From: Candidatus Nanohaloarchaea archaeon
GTDB taxonomy: Archaea; Nanohalarchaeota; Nanosalinia; Nanosalinales; Nanosalinaceae
Reading direction: 5' to 3'
NCBI GenBank assembly: GCA_014297435.1
Contig: JACOQA010000003.1
Location: 143,460 to 207,459, forward strand
Length of the DNA stretch: 64,000 nucleotides
In this document: in pieces, positions 9,209 to 19,233 of the stretch
How positions within the stretch are numbered: position 1 is the first letter of the stretch
Layout: the number at the start of each line of letters is the position of its first letter
Program-made: the position numbers and the translations under genes
Notes under the pieces: model-generated
The model's database searches: none
Told to the model about the DNA's origin: nothing
Seen by the model: the letters and a program-made list of their open reading frames with translations, nothing else

Positions 9209-9598
9209 ATGCAACACGATACACTGAGCGACGCACTTTCCGCAATCAACAACGCAGCGAGAAAGGGCAACAACTACGCAACAATCAGCCCTACAAGCAA
9301 TCTTATCCAGAACGTCCTACTCAAGCTTCAGGACGAAGGATACATCGGAGTCTTCGAACTTATCGAGGACGGTAAAGGTGGAAAGTACAAGGTAGAGGTC
9401 AAGGAAGCAGTAAACAAGTGTGAACCAGTCAAGCCTAACTTCTACGTTGGAAGCGACGAACACACAGAGTGGGCAAAGAGATACTTGCCTGCACGAAACT
9501 TCGGAAAACTCATAGTAACAACACCGAGAGGAGTTCTCACCCACGACGAGGCAGTTGAAGAAAACGTGGGCGGAAAGCTCCTTGGGTACGTCTACTAG
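9209..9598 (+). CDS. rps8p: 30S ribosomal protein uS8
   Basis: D.LSDALS.INNA...YLPARNFG...GGKLLGYVY. Confidence 0.98.
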   Translation: MQHDTLSDALSAINNAARKGNNYATISPTSNLIQNVLLKLQDEGYIGVFELIEDGKGGKYKVEVKEAVNKCEPVKPNFYVGSDEHTEWAKRYLPARNFGKLIVTTPRGVLTHDEAVEENVGGKLLGYVY

Positions 9599-9610
9599 GT
9601 GAAAAAGAAA

Positions 9611-10135
9611 ATGAGAGAGACAGCAGACCTCAACGGATTCGAAGCCAACTACGAAGACGGCGTACTTGAAGTTGAAGGAAACGGCGAAACAGTTTCAAGA
9701 AAGCTTAACCACGCACGAATCGATGTAGAAGTCAAGGATGGAGAAGTAGTTTTCTCCTCAGACGAGAGCAACAAGACAGTTAAGTCAATCCTTGGAACTT
9801 TCAGGTCCCACGTCCAGAACATGGTCGACGGACTTGAAGATGAACACGTCTACCAGATGAAAGGTGTTTACGCACACTTCCCTATGGACATCGATGTAGA
9901 GAACGACCAGGTAGTGATCGGAAACTTCATGGGAGAAAGAAATCCTAGAAAGGTCGATATTGCTGAAGGCGCAGAAGTATCAGTAAACGGCGAAGACCTA
10001 GAAATCAGAGGTGCAGACAAAGAAGCAGTAGGACTTACCGCCGGACGTATCGAACAGGCATGCAAGAAAGGGAACCGCGATCCAAGAACGTTCCAGGACG
10101 GAGTCTACATTACAGACAAAGGTGAGAAAGAATGA
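9611..10135 (+). CDS. rpl6p: 50S ribosomal protein uL6
   Basis: YAHFPM, NFMGE, DPRTFQDGVYI; ATG at 9611 preferred. Confidence 0.96.
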   Translation: MRETADLNGFEANYEDGVLEVEGNGETVSRKLNHARIDVEVKDGEVVFSSDESNKTVKSILGTFRSHVQNMVDGLEDEHVYQMKGVYAHFPMDIDVENDQVVIGNFMGERNPRKVDIAEGAEVSVNGEDLEIRGADKEAVGLTAGRIEQACKKGNRDPRTFQDGVYITDKGEKE

Positions 10136-10470
10136 GCGACGATTTCAAGAGAGAAGACAACCACAAGAAGACACAGACCCCTAGCTCGTGGAGAAAGCCT
10201 AAAGGAGGGCACTCCCGTGCACGTCTGAAGAAGAAAGGTGCGAACCCTCTTCCGAAGGCAGGTTACAGAACTGATAAAGATGTTAGAGGCAAGCATCCTT
10301 CCGGATATGAGGAAGTGCTTGTCCACAACACCTCCGACCTTGAGGAACTTGATGAAGAGACAGAAGCAGCACGAATCGGTTCAACAGTCGGAGACAGAAA
10401 ACGTGAAAAGATAGTTAAAAAAGCTGACGATGAAGGAATCCATGTGCTTAACAGAGGTGACGAAGAATGA
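10132..10470 (+). CDS. rpl32e: 50S ribosomal protein eL32
   Basis: WRKPKGGHS...GYR...RGKHPSGYEEVLVHN. Confidence 0.97.
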   Translation: MSDDFKREDNHKKTQTPSSWRKPKGGHSRARLKKKGANPLPKAGYRTDKDVRGKHPSGYEEVLVHNTSDLEELDEETEAARIGSTVGDRKREKIVKKADDEGIHVLNRGDEE

Positions 10471-10910
10471 CCGACCTTAAATCACAGAAGAGAATGGCTT
10501 CAGAAGTACTTGACGTAGGAAAGAACCGTGTCTGGATCGATCCGGACAACACAGAGAAAGTAGAGGAAGCCATCACAAGGAACGACATCAGGAACCTGGT
10601 CGAGTCAGGAGTCATCCAGAAAAAAGATGTTAAAGGAACCTCGAAAGGTCGTGCAAGAGACAAGAAGAAGCAGAAAGCCAAAGGACGCAGAAAAGGTCAA
10701 GGAAACAGGAAAGGAAAGAAGACAGCAAGGAAAGATTCCAAAGAAGAATGGCAGGAAAAAATCCGTGCCATCAGGAAAAGACTCAAGGAAATGAAGGAAG
10801 AGGAAGAAGTTTCGAACGACGAGTACTGGGATCTTTACGACATGGCAAAGGGAGGATTCTTCCGTAACACAAAACACCTAGAAAACCACGTCGAGAACAA
10901 GCTAGAGTGA
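10467..10910 (+). CDS. rpl19e: 50S ribosomal protein eL19
   Basis: QKRMASEVLDVGKNRVWIDP...AKGGFF. Confidence 0.98.
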   Translation: MTDLKSQKRMASEVLDVGKNRVWIDPDNTEKVEEAITRNDIRNLVESGVIQKKDVKGTSKGRARDKKKQKAKGRRKGQGNRKGKKTARKDSKEEWQEKIRAIRKRLKEMKEEEEVSNDEYWDLYDMAKGGFFRNTKHLENHVENKLE

Positions 10911-10916
10911 TTACAA

Positions 10917-11426
10917 ATGGCAGACACATCAAACTACGAACTACCTTTCAGGAGAAGAAGAGAACAGAAAACAGACTACAAACAGAGACTTGGACTTCTG
11001 AAATCAGGTAAGCCAAGAGCAGTTGTAAGAATCTCTAACAACCATACTAGAGTCCACCTCTCTCACTACAAACAGGAGGGAGATGAAAACACAGCTCAGA
11101 CACTTTCAAAGGAGCTTGAAGAGTACGGATGGGAGAACCATACAGGCAATCTTCCTGCCGCTTACTTGACAGGTTTCCTTGCAGGAATGAAGGCTGAAGA
11201 GGACGAAGCAGTTCTCGACCTAGGACTAAGAGAGAAAAACAAGGGCGGAAGAATGTTTGCCGCTCTCAAAGGATTGATCGATGCAGGAGTCGAAATCCCT
11301 GCAGGCGAATCCATCTTCCCATCCGAGGAAAGACTAAGGGGAGAACACATCGAAGAGATGACAGACAAAGAAGTACCTGCAAACTTCGATGAAACAAAGG
11401 AAGCAATCAGAGGTGAGTTCGAATAA
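10917..11426 (+). CDS. rpl18p: 50S ribosomal protein uL18
   Basis: RRRREQKTDY..RL.LLKSG, NLPAAYLTG. Confidence 0.98.
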   Translation: MADTSNYELPFRRRREQKTDYKQRLGLLKSGKPRAVVRISNNHTRVHLSHYKQEGDENTAQTLSKELEEYGWENHTGNLPAAYLTGFLAGMKAEEDEAVLDLGLREKNKGGRMFAALKGLIDAGVEIPAGESIFPSEERLRGEHIEEMTDKEVPANFDETKEAIRGEFE

Positions 11427-12097
11427 TGTCACAGGAAATGGAAGAAGAGGAGATCTGGAAGCCACGCACCAAGCTAGGCGGAAAGGTCGCTAACGGAGAA
11501 ATCACAAAGATCACAGAAGCACTTGACTCCAAGTACCCAATCATGGAAGAAGAGATCGTCGACCAGCTTGTCGACCTGGACGAAGAGGTAATCTTGATCG
11601 GAGGAACACCAGGAAAAGGAGGCGGCGTAAGAAGAACTGTTTCAAAGAGAACATGCAGAATGCACAAGTCAGGAGGACGTTACTCCACAAACGCTATGGC
11701 AGTTCTCGGAAACAGAAGAAATGTTGTAGGACTTGGAGAAGGAGACGCAAACGATACAAGAGCAGCTATCGAATCCGCTTCAAGAGAAGCAAAGCTCAAC
11801 CTCATAAAGGTAAACAGAGGGAACGGATCCTGGGAAGACAGAGGAGACGACTCAACATCGATTCCTTTCAAAGTTACAGGAAAGTCCGGTTCTGTTGAAG
11901 TAGAGCTTAAGCCTGCACCGAGAGGAACAGGGCTTGCAGCATCAGAAGGAGTAAAGAAGATGCTTGAGCTTGCCGGAATCCAGAACATCTACGTTGAATC
12001 CCGAGGACAGACAAGAACACGGGAGAACATGATGAAGGCAACATTCGAAGCTCTCAAGAAGCTCAACGAATACGAATCACCAGGTGATGCAGAATGA
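11426..12097 (+). CDS. rps5p: 30S ribosomal protein uS5
   Basis: WKPRTKLG...PFKVTGKSGSV...PAPRGTGL. Confidence 0.97.
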   Translation: MSQEMEEEEIWKPRTKLGGKVANGEITKITEALDSKYPIMEEEIVDQLVDLDEEVILIGGTPGKGGGVRRTVSKRTCRMHKSGGRYSTNAMAVLGNRRNVVGLGEGDANDTRAAIESASREAKLNLIKVNRGNGSWEDRGDDSTSIPFKVTGKSGSVEVELKPAPRGTGLAASEGVKKMLELAGIQNIYVESRGQTRTRENMMKATFEALKKLNEYESPGDAE

Positions 12098-12441
12098 TCG
12101 CAGCAGTAAGAGTAAGAGGTCCAGTAGACCTTAACGAAACAGTGAACAACACACTCGACAACATCAACCTGAACACAAAAAACCAGGTTGTAGTCTTCGA
12201 GGAAAACGAAGCAATCATGGGAATGATGAACTCTGTAAAGGACTACATCACCTATGGAGAGATCTCCGATGAAGTAGTAGAGAAACTTGAGGAAAGAAAA
12301 GGAGAGAGTCTCGAGTCAGGAGATACAGTCAATCTTTCGCCTCCATCAGGAGGATTCGAAGACACGAAAAGAAACACGGGACAGGGCGGAAGCCTTGGAA
12401 AACGTGAAAATATCGACGAACTTTTAGAGAGGATGGTATAA
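12094..12441 (+). CDS. rpl30p: 50S ribosomal protein uL30
   Basis: AAVRVRG...VKDYITYGE...LSPPSGGF...LLERM. Confidence 0.95.
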   Translation: MIAAVRVRGPVDLNETVNNTLDNINLNTKNQVVVFEENEAIMGMMNSVKDYITYGEISDEVVEKLEERKGESLESGDTVNLSPPSGGFEDTKRNTGQGGSLGKRENIDELLERMV

Positions 12442-12867
12442 ATGACGAAGAGAAGATCTAAGAAGAATAAGTCCGGTTCTCACGGACACGGTTCATCGAA
12501 GAAAAACCGTGGAGCAGGAAGCAAAGGTGGAAGAGGTAACGCCGGAAGAGGAAAGAAGGCAAAACACCACAAGATGCAGTCAGGCGAAGTCCACGAGCTT
12601 GGAGAGAAAGGATTCAACTCCCGGAAGTCCGAGCAGGACGGCATCAACCTGAGAGACATCGACCAGAGAATCGACGACTTCGTAGAAGAAGGTTCTGCGG
12701 AAGAAACTGAGGACGGTTATGTCTTCCACGCTTCCGACGCAGGATACGAAAAGGTTCTCGGAAAAGGACAGCTCAGGAAGGACATCGAGATCCATGCCGA
12801 AGATTTTTCCAGCACGGCAGAAGAAAAGTTAAAAGAAGCCGGAGTTGAACCTGTAATAGAGGATTAA
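12442..12867 (+). CDS. rpl15p: 50S ribosomal protein uL15
   Basis: HGHG..KKNRGAGSKGGRGNAG...KVLGKG. Confidence 0.97.
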   Translation: MTKRRSKKNKSGSHGHGSSKKNRGAGSKGGRGNAGRGKKAKHHKMQSGEVHELGEKGFNSRKSEQDGINLRDIDQRIDDFVEEGSAEETEDGYVFHASDAGYEKVLGKGQLRKDIEIHAEDFSSTAEEKLKEAGVEPVIED

Positions 12868-12871
12868 ACGA

Positions 12872-14260
12872 ATGTCGAAACTAGTCCAGGCAGCATCTTA
12901 CTTACCAAGCATCAAGGAACCCAAGAAAGAACAGTCATTAAGGAGAATGTTGACCTGGACCGGGATTGCCCTGGTTCTTTACTTTATAATGGGTTCGATC
13001 GATCTCTACGGCGCTAACGCCCAGTCGGTCGAACAAGCACTTCAGAGTTTGCAGACTTTCCAGACTATTCTAGGAGCTCAGATTGGTTCTATAATTACAC
13101 TAGGTATTGGACCTATCGTTACGTCATCGATTATCCTTCAGATGATGGTAGGTTCGGATCTCCTTCCATGGAATACTAACACACAGGAAGGAAAGATCAA
13201 GTTCCAGTCGGCGCAGAAGGTACTTGCGTACGGCTTGACAGTAATTGAAGCCTTCGGGTACGTTCTCTCAGGCACCTTCGGTAACGTTGCAGGAGACCCT
13301 ATGCTATTGTTCCTGCTAGCCGGACAGATAACACTGGGCGGATGGCTGATCATCCTGCTTGACGACATGGTCCAGAAATGGGGATTCGGATCAGGGGTAT
13401 CGCTGTTTATTGCAGCAGGTGTATCTAAAGCAGTATACATCTCAACTATCTCTCCACTTACATCCGCAGGAGAACTATTCTGGACTGTAGGAGGAAACCC
13501 TGTAGGACACATCATCCAGTTCTTCCTAACGTTCCAAGCATCATCCATAATCCCTGTAATATTCACAGTACTGGTCTTCGCAACAGTAGTTTACCTACAG
13601 GCTATGCGTGTGGAGATTCCGTTGACCTTCGGAAACGTCAGAGGGTTCGGTCAAAAATGGCCTCTGAAATTCCTCTACACCTCGAACATGCCTGTCATCC
13701 TGATCGCAGCACTTGTGTCTAACTTCAGGATACTTGGAACCACACTTGCCGGAACAAACGGTTGTTCAATCCTTGGATGTTTCCAGGGAGGACAGGCAAC
13801 ATCCGGACTCGTCGCATATCTCAGCGCTCCACAGAGCTTCGTGGATGGACTGATTAACGGAACAGTTCAGATGGTTGGAACCGGTGGACTTATGCACGTC
13901 CTAATCTACCTGAGTGTTTACACGTTAGGATCGATCATGTTCTCGATCTTCTGGATGAAGACCTCAGGACAGGACGCCGACTCTGTTGCGGAAGATATTC
14001 AACAGACCGGCATGAAAGTTCCAGGATTCAGGAAAGACAAACGAGTAATCAAGAAAGTACTCAATCGGTACATCCCAGGACTGACAGTACTGTCGGGAGC
14101 AGTTGTTGGACTCCTTGCAGGAATCGCCAACATTACAAACGCTGCAGGGGGCGGAACAGGAATCCTACTTACAGTCATGATCCTGTACCAGATGTATGAG
14201 CAGCTGGCTCAGAAACACATGGAGGAACTTCACCCAGCACTCAAGGACTTCATGTCCTAA
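12872..14260 (+). CDS. secY: Preprotein translocase subunit SecY
   Basis: LGIGPIVTSSIILQ, WGFGSGVSLFIAAGV, PLKFLYTSNMP, PGFR. Confidence 0.98.
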   Translation: MSKLVQAASYLPSIKEPKKEQSLRRMLTWTGIALVLYFIMGSIDLYGANAQSVEQALQSLQTFQTILGAQIGSIITLGIGPIVTSSIILQMMVGSDLLPWNTNTQEGKIKFQSAQKVLAYGLTVIEAFGYVLSGTFGNVAGDPMLLFLLAGQITLGGWLIILLDDMVQKWGFGSGVSLFIAAGVSKAVYISTISPLTSAGELFWTVGGNPVGHIIQFFLTFQASSIIPVIFTVLVFATVVYLQAMRVEIPLTFGNVRGFGQKWPLKFLYTSNMPVILIAALVSNFRILGTTLAGTNGCSILGCFQGGQATSGLVAYLSAPQSFVDGLINGTVQMVGTGGLMHVLIYLSVYTLGSIMFSIFWMKTSGQDADSVAEDIQQTGMKVPGFRKDKRVIKKVLNRYIPGLTVLSGAVVGLLAGIANITNAAGGGTGILLTVMILYQMYEQLAQKHMEELHPALKDFMS

Positions 14261-14333
14261 CAAACCTCATTTTTACTCCTCCTCCTGAACAGCCTCCGAT
14301 TTAAAAGCCTTCTCCGCGAAGTTACTTGATAAG

Positions 14334-15068
14334 ATGGCATCGATACAGGGATTCCTAAACGTTTTATTCGGGTTCTATGATACGCTTTTCCAGCCGATAC
14401 TAAGTTTAGGACCGCTTCCCTCACTCGCAATCTTCTCCGGAATGTTAGCCGGAATGTTCTCGATAATATACTACATCTTCCTAGATATCGAGGCGATGGA
14501 TGAAATTAAAGAGAAAATTAACGAGAAACAGGAAAAACGGAAGGAAGCACAGAAGAACGATAACGTCGATGAAGCAACCGACCACATGAAGGAAGCTATG
14601 TCTCTGAATCAGGAGATGATGATGCTCAACTTCAAACCGATGATCGTGACTATGATTTGCGTAGCATTCATCTTCCCATGGCTTGGGGCAACATTCGCAC
14701 CATCAATCGATCTACAGCAGACATCTAACTCGACATTTGAAGGAGATTTCCAGTTTAACGGTCAAAACGAAAAGATAACTATAGTTAATGATACAGAGCC
14801 AGTGGTTAAGATGGATGATCAGAACGCTTTGATCGGCGGAGAGGTCAACGCCTTTGGTGTGGACTGGGATGTAGTCAGGTTCGGTGAAAAGAAAGGAGGC
14901 TTCTTCTCATCAGGCGGAGAAGGACACGTTTTGAAGATGAATGCCAGGTTCGTAGACCTGCCTTTCAGCATTCCGCTTGCAGGAGCAGCACTGAACTGGC
15001 TTGGAACCTACATCCTAATTTCGATGCCACTAACCTTCCTGTTCAGGAAGATGCTAGGAATCCAGTAG
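14334..15068 (+). CDS. DUF106/EMC3-TMCO1 (Oxa1-superfamily) membrane protein
   Basis: TM helix, coiled coil, MM.NFKPM, terminal W..Y...S...FRK.LG; conserved position after secY. Confidence 0.85.
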   Translation: MASIQGFLNVLFGFYDTLFQPILSLGPLPSLAIFSGMLAGMFSIIYYIFLDIEAMDEIKEKINEKQEKRKEAQKNDNVDEATDHMKEAMSLNQEMMMLNFKPMIVTMICVAFIFPWLGATFAPSIDLQQTSNSTFEGDFQFNGQNEKITIVNDTEPVVKMDDQNALIGGEVNAFGVDWDVVRFGEKKGGFFSSGGEGHVLKMNARFVDLPFSIPLAGAALNWLGTYILISMPLTFLFRKMLGIQ

Positions 15069-15124
15069 GTTTTCCCTCTCCATTTTCAGTTGATCAGATA
15101 AAAGTTTCTCAAAGAGGTTAAGTT

Positions 15125-16081
15125 ATGGATTGGTACACCCGGGACGAGGCAGAGACATCCGAGGAATACGGATCAATACCAGAAAAACGTTCTATCGAAG
15201 AACTGATGGATAAAGGATTTTTTGTAGTAGACAAGCCCTTCGGACCACAGTCAAAACAGGTCTCAACCTGGATAAAGAAAGAACTTAACCTGAAGAAGAC
15301 AGGTCACTTTGGAACACTTGACCCAAATGCTACAGGCGTACTACCTGTAGGAGTAAACTCGGGAACCCGCATAAACGATATACTATCTGGTTCAGACAAA
15401 GAATACATATTCGAAGCAGTTCTGCATGAGGAAAGAGAAGAAGACAAGATAAAGGAGAAACTACTGGAGTTCAAAGGCACGAACAAGCAGACACCTCCTG
15501 AAAAATCCGCTGTGAAAAGAGAGGAAAGAGAAAGAGAGGTATACGAAGTAGAACTGCTTGAAAAAGACGGCAAGAAAGTTCTTGGAAGAGTCAAATGCGA
15601 GTCAGGTTTTTACGTAAGAGTATTGATCACGCAGCTGGGAGAAAAACTTGACACAGAAGCAGAGATGAATGAGCTTAGAAGAACTAAACAAGACCATCTA
15701 TCCGAAGAAGACGCTAACACGTTACAAGATATTGTAGATGCTTACCACTTCTGGAAACAGGATGATAGAGAAAACGAGATCAGAGATATTCTGCATCCTA
15801 TCGAGAAAGCTGTGGAACATGTTCCGAAGATCGCAGTAAAGGACTCTGCGGTAAACGCTGTGGCTAACGGCGCGGATCTAGGTGCTACGGGGATTTCGAA
15901 GTTCCAGAGCGGTATAAAGGAGGGGGATACTGTTGCAATAACGACCTTGAAAGGCGAGCTTGTCGCGCTTGCAGAGGCAAGAATGAACTCAGAGAAACTT
16001 TACGATGAGGACGGAACCGCAGCCTCACCAGAATCTGTGCATATGGCTCCTGAAACCTATCCAAAACGGTGGAAACAGTGA
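15125..16081 (+). CDS. cbf5: H/ACA / tRNA pseudouridine synthase Cbf5
   Basis: DKPFGP, GHFGTLDP, CESGFYVR, C-terminal PUA domain. Confidence 0.96.
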   Translation: MDWYTRDEAETSEEYGSIPEKRSIEELMDKGFFVVDKPFGPQSKQVSTWIKKELNLKKTGHFGTLDPNATGVLPVGVNSGTRINDILSGSDKEYIFEAVLHEEREEDKIKEKLLEFKGTNKQTPPEKSAVKREEREREVYEVELLEKDGKKVLGRVKCESGFYVRVLITQLGEKLDTEAEMNELRRTKQDHLSEEDANTLQDIVDAYHFWKQDDRENEIRDILHPIEKAVEHVPKIAVKDSAVNAVANGADLGATGISKFQSGIKEGDTVAITTLKGELVALAEARMNSEKLYDEDGTAASPESVHMAPETYPKRWKQ

Positions 16082-16653
16082 TCGAAACACTTCTTAAAGC
16101 ACTAGAACTGAAGGATGAGAAACGTACCGGACAAGAAATCTACAATATATCTGAACCTGACTCTGTTGCCGGACATTCATGGAATGTTGTTTTCCTGACG
16201 ATGCTTTTTGGTGAGGGCGAAGATGTCAACATGAAGAAGGCTTTGAAGATCGCTACAGTGCACGATCTAGCTGAAGCCGAGACAGGTGATATCGCGAAGA
16301 GAGCCGACGAAGATAAACAGGATTTAAGCGACGAGGAGAAAGAAGTAGAAGAGTTCGAGGCGATAACAGGGCTTTCCGAATCACTGAACTCTCACGAGAT
16401 CAGGATGCTCTGGAAGGAGTACGAGGACTGCCAGACACCTGAAGCCAGACTGGTCAACGACATGGACCACATCGAGAAATGTCTGACGGCTTTGAAGAAT
16501 GAAAAAGAAGAAAATTATGATCCGGGAGAAAACGATACAGGGTTTGAGAACCTGGATGAGTTCTTCGAGACAGCTGAAAAAGAGTTCAAAACCGGTTTTG
16601 GAGAGGAGCTTTTCAACGAAATAAAATCACGTTACGAGGACGAAAGAGAATGA
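16069..16653 (+). CDS. HD-domain protein, HDDC2/YfbR-like 5'-deoxynucleotidase
   Basis: LKDEKRTG...SVAGHS...VHDLAEAETGDI...LWKEYE..QTPEA...DMD. Confidence 0.85.
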   Translation: METVIETLLKALELKDEKRTGQEIYNISEPDSVAGHSWNVVFLTMLFGEGEDVNMKKALKIATVHDLAEAETGDIAKRADEDKQDLSDEEKEVEEFEAITGLSESLNSHEIRMLWKEYEDCQTPEARLVNDMDHIEKCLTALKNEKEENYDPGENDTGFENLDEFFETAEKEFKTGFGEELFNEIKSRYEDERE

Positions 16654-17222
16654 TTTCAGATGACCTAGACTTCATTCTTGAGTCATACAACGTAAAGGAT
16701 GAAGTGAGAACCGGATGGCTTTTCAAAGGTGTCCGCGACCCGGAATCCGTTGCATCTCACGTTTGGGGCGTCAAGTTTCTCTGTCTTCTCTACGCTGAAG
16801 AAGAGGATGTTGACGAGGGAAGAGCTGTGAAGATGGCGGTAATCCAGGATCTTCCTGAAGCCAAGACAGGAGATCTAGTTTCAGAAAAACATGCGGAAAG
16901 ATACGAGCTTACAGACGAAGAAAAAGACCGGAAGGAACGAGTCGCGATGCACGAACTACCTCCCGAAAATCGATTTGATGACATAATTGAACTCTGGGAG
17001 GAATATCAGGAAAGAGAGACGAGAACTGCGAGGTTCGTGAAAGATATGGATATGATCGATATGTGTTTCCAGGCTTTGAAGTATGAAATCGAACATAGAA
17101 GGTCTCCTGAAAAGTCGATGGACGAGTTCTTCGAATATACAGAACCACGGCTTAATACTGATACAGGTAAAGAGCTTTTTGAAGAGCTGAAATCTAGATA
17201 CGAGAAGGTCAAAAAGGAATAG
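16650..17222 (+). CDS. HD-domain protein paralogue, HDDC2-like
   Basis: RTGW...PESVASH...IQDLPEAKTGD (HD replaced by QD)...LWEEYQ...KDMD. Confidence 0.82.
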   Translation: MISDDLDFILESYNVKDEVRTGWLFKGVRDPESVASHVWGVKFLCLLYAEEEDVDEGRAVKMAVIQDLPEAKTGDLVSEKHAERYELTDEEKDRKERVAMHELPPENRFDDIIELWEEYQERETRTARFVKDMDMIDMCFQALKYEIEHRRSPEKSMDEFFEYTEPRLNTDTGKELFEELKSRYEKVKKE

Positions 17223-17270
17223 GTTATAAGATGGTTTCCCGAATAAAAGTTCTATACTAGATAGCTTTGT

Positions 17271-17356
17271 GCCGGAGTGACTGAGTGGCTAAAGGTGCCG
17301 GTCTTGAGAACCGGTGAGGCACACGCCTCTCCTGGGTTCAAATCCCAGCTCCGGCG
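17271..17356 (+). tRNA. tRNA-Ser(TGA)
   Basis: Cloverleaf; anticodon arm CCGGT-CT-TGA-GA-ACCGG; long variable arm; G73. Confidence 0.95.
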
Positions 17357-17415
17357 AACTCTTTCTTTTCCAAGCTAGAAAACTGTTTTAAACAACCATT
17401 TAACACGTTTTAGGT

Positions 17416-17829
17416 ATGGTTAAGACTGCCGAGGAGCTGATGGATGAACCTGACTTTATCGAAGCTGATGCCCCGATTGAAGAAGTAGAAAAAGAGTTCG
17501 AAGGCTCAGAAAACACGTTAATCGTAAGAAGAGACGATGAGCTCATCGGCGAAATACATGAAAACGCTCTCCTAAAACTACTGATTCCAGAGGAAAGGCT
17601 TGACGAAGAGAAAGTTATCGGAATCATAGGTTTTTCGTTCGATCAGAGCTATGTCGCGGAGAAGGCTGAAGATCTAGCCTCGAGACACGAAGTAACTGTT
17701 CCGAAGGACGAAGAACTAGGAGAGATAGCCTTTCTGATGGATCGTGAGGACATCCGTTCGCTTCCTGTAGAGGAAGATGGCGAGGTAGTTGGAGTTGTGC
17801 ATGAAAACCGTTTGATGGAGGAGATTTAA
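17416..17829 (+). CDS. CBS-domain pair protein
   Basis: TAEELM...LPVEEDGEVVGVV. Confidence 0.85.
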   Translation: MVKTAEELMDEPDFIEADAPIEEVEKEFEGSENTLIVRRDDELIGEIHENALLKLLIPEERLDEEKVIGIIGFSFDQSYVAEKAEDLASRHEVTVPKDEELGEIAFLMDREDIRSLPVEEDGEVVGVVHENRLMEEI

Positions 17830-17830
17830 G

Positions 17831-19036
17831 GTGGCGGCAGGACTCTCAACAAACACACTTTTCGCCTTAGCGATGGTTCTCTCAGTATCATTTATTGTCG
17901 GAGAACTCTTTGAACGGATAGGTCTTGAATCTATAATCGGATATATCATTTCGGGTTTGATGCTCGGTCCCGGAATAAAGAATCTTGCACCACACGTCCC
18001 TTTCCTTGAAACCTCTATGGCGATTTCAGCTTCCTCTTTGGCAGGTTTCGGAACCATTGGAGCCACATTAATTCTCTTCCAAGCCGGTTTAAGAGAAGAG
18101 AACGCCGCAGACATCTTCAGACACGAAAAAGGACTCGACCTAGGTGTAGGAATTCTTGTCGGCTCCTTCACATTTATTCTTGGCGCGCTTCTAATGTTCC
18201 CAGACGTACTAGGGCTTGAATCTATACAAGCAGCAGTATTTGTCGCACTTGGATACTCGATGGTAGATATCGGAGTGCCCTCCAAGATAATGCTTTCTAA
18301 AGGCTTGATGCGTGAAAAAATTGGACCTTACACAATCAAATCATCGGTCATCAACGTCACAGCCGGATTCGGAATACTTACCACGCTTGTACTTATATCC
18401 TCTGCTTCTATCGGAGACTTCGCAATCAAAATAGCCGGGATCTTCGGCTTTGCACTCGTCTTTTACATCCTACACGAGTTCATCCACCGTCTTGATGATT
18501 ACATCATAATGTTCGAGGAGACCGAGGCGCAGTTCGCTATTACGTTCGCTCTTCTCCTTTTCATGGCCTACTTTACCGAGTCAGTAGGTCTCTCCAGCGT
18601 GATAGGTGCTTTCTTCGCAGGAGTCATAATCTCCCGGAGCGAGTTCTCCGAATCCCGCTCATTCCAAGACAAGATACAAGCAATTGGAATGGGGCTCTTT
18701 ATCCCACTTTTCTTCGCATGGTTCGGTCTAGGACTCCAAATCTTTGGCTCCGGAGGAATGCTTGCAAACATGGAGGCCGCAACATTCCTCTTCCTGCTTT
18801 CGACAGTTTCGAAACTTGGCATCGGTTATGCGATCACCAAGTACCACGGAGTGAAGAAGTCGATGACGGTTGCTGGATCGCTTCTCAGCCTTGACATCGA
18901 GACGCTAGTTGTTATCCTGATCGGTATCGATCTAGGAATTCTAGGTTCAGAGATGCTTCAGATCTTCGCACCTTCCGTACTGTTCTCGACGATCACGATC
19001 GTCGGAATCTACTTTATCTTGGAGAGAAAGGCCTAG
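17831..19036 (+). CDS. Cation:proton antiporter (CPA2/KefB-like)
   Basis: Many TM segments; GYIISGLMLGP, LFQAGL, IGAFFAG, FIPLFF..FG. Confidence 0.88.
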   Translation: MAAGLSTNTLFALAMVLSVSFIVGELFERIGLESIIGYIISGLMLGPGIKNLAPHVPFLETSMAISASSLAGFGTIGATLILFQAGLREENAADIFRHEKGLDLGVGILVGSFTFILGALLMFPDVLGLESIQAAVFVALGYSMVDIGVPSKIMLSKGLMREKIGPYTIKSSVINVTAGFGILTTLVLISSASIGDFAIKIAGIFGFALVFYILHEFIHRLDDYIIMFEETEAQFAITFALLLFMAYFTESVGLSSVIGAFFAGVIISRSEFSESRSFQDKIQAIGMGLFIPLFFAWFGLGLQIFGSGGMLANMEAATFLFLLSTVSKLGIGYAITKYHGVKKSMTVAGSLLSLDIETLVVILIGIDLGILGSEMLQIFAPSVLFSTITIVGIYFILERKA

Positions 19037-19090
19037 CCTGAAAGTTTGATTCTTAAAGGTTAGACTTTCTTCTTCATCTACGGAGTTTAT

Positions 19091-19163
19091 AGCCCCCTGG
19101 TGTAGTGGCCAATCATGAGAGGCCCTGGCCCTCTCGACGCAGGTTCGAATCCTGCGGGGGCTA
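19091..19163 (+). tRNA. tRNA-Gln(CTG), with C at position 33
   Basis: Acceptor AGCCCCC/GGGGGCT; anticodon arm AGAGG-CC-CTG-GC-CCTCT; T arm GCAGG-TTCGAAT-CCTGC. Confidence 0.92.
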
Positions 19164-19233
19164 AAACATTCTCTTTCCAGGTTTCTCTGAAGTTACCCGC
19201 ATACTTTACCGTAAAGCTTTCTAACATACTACT

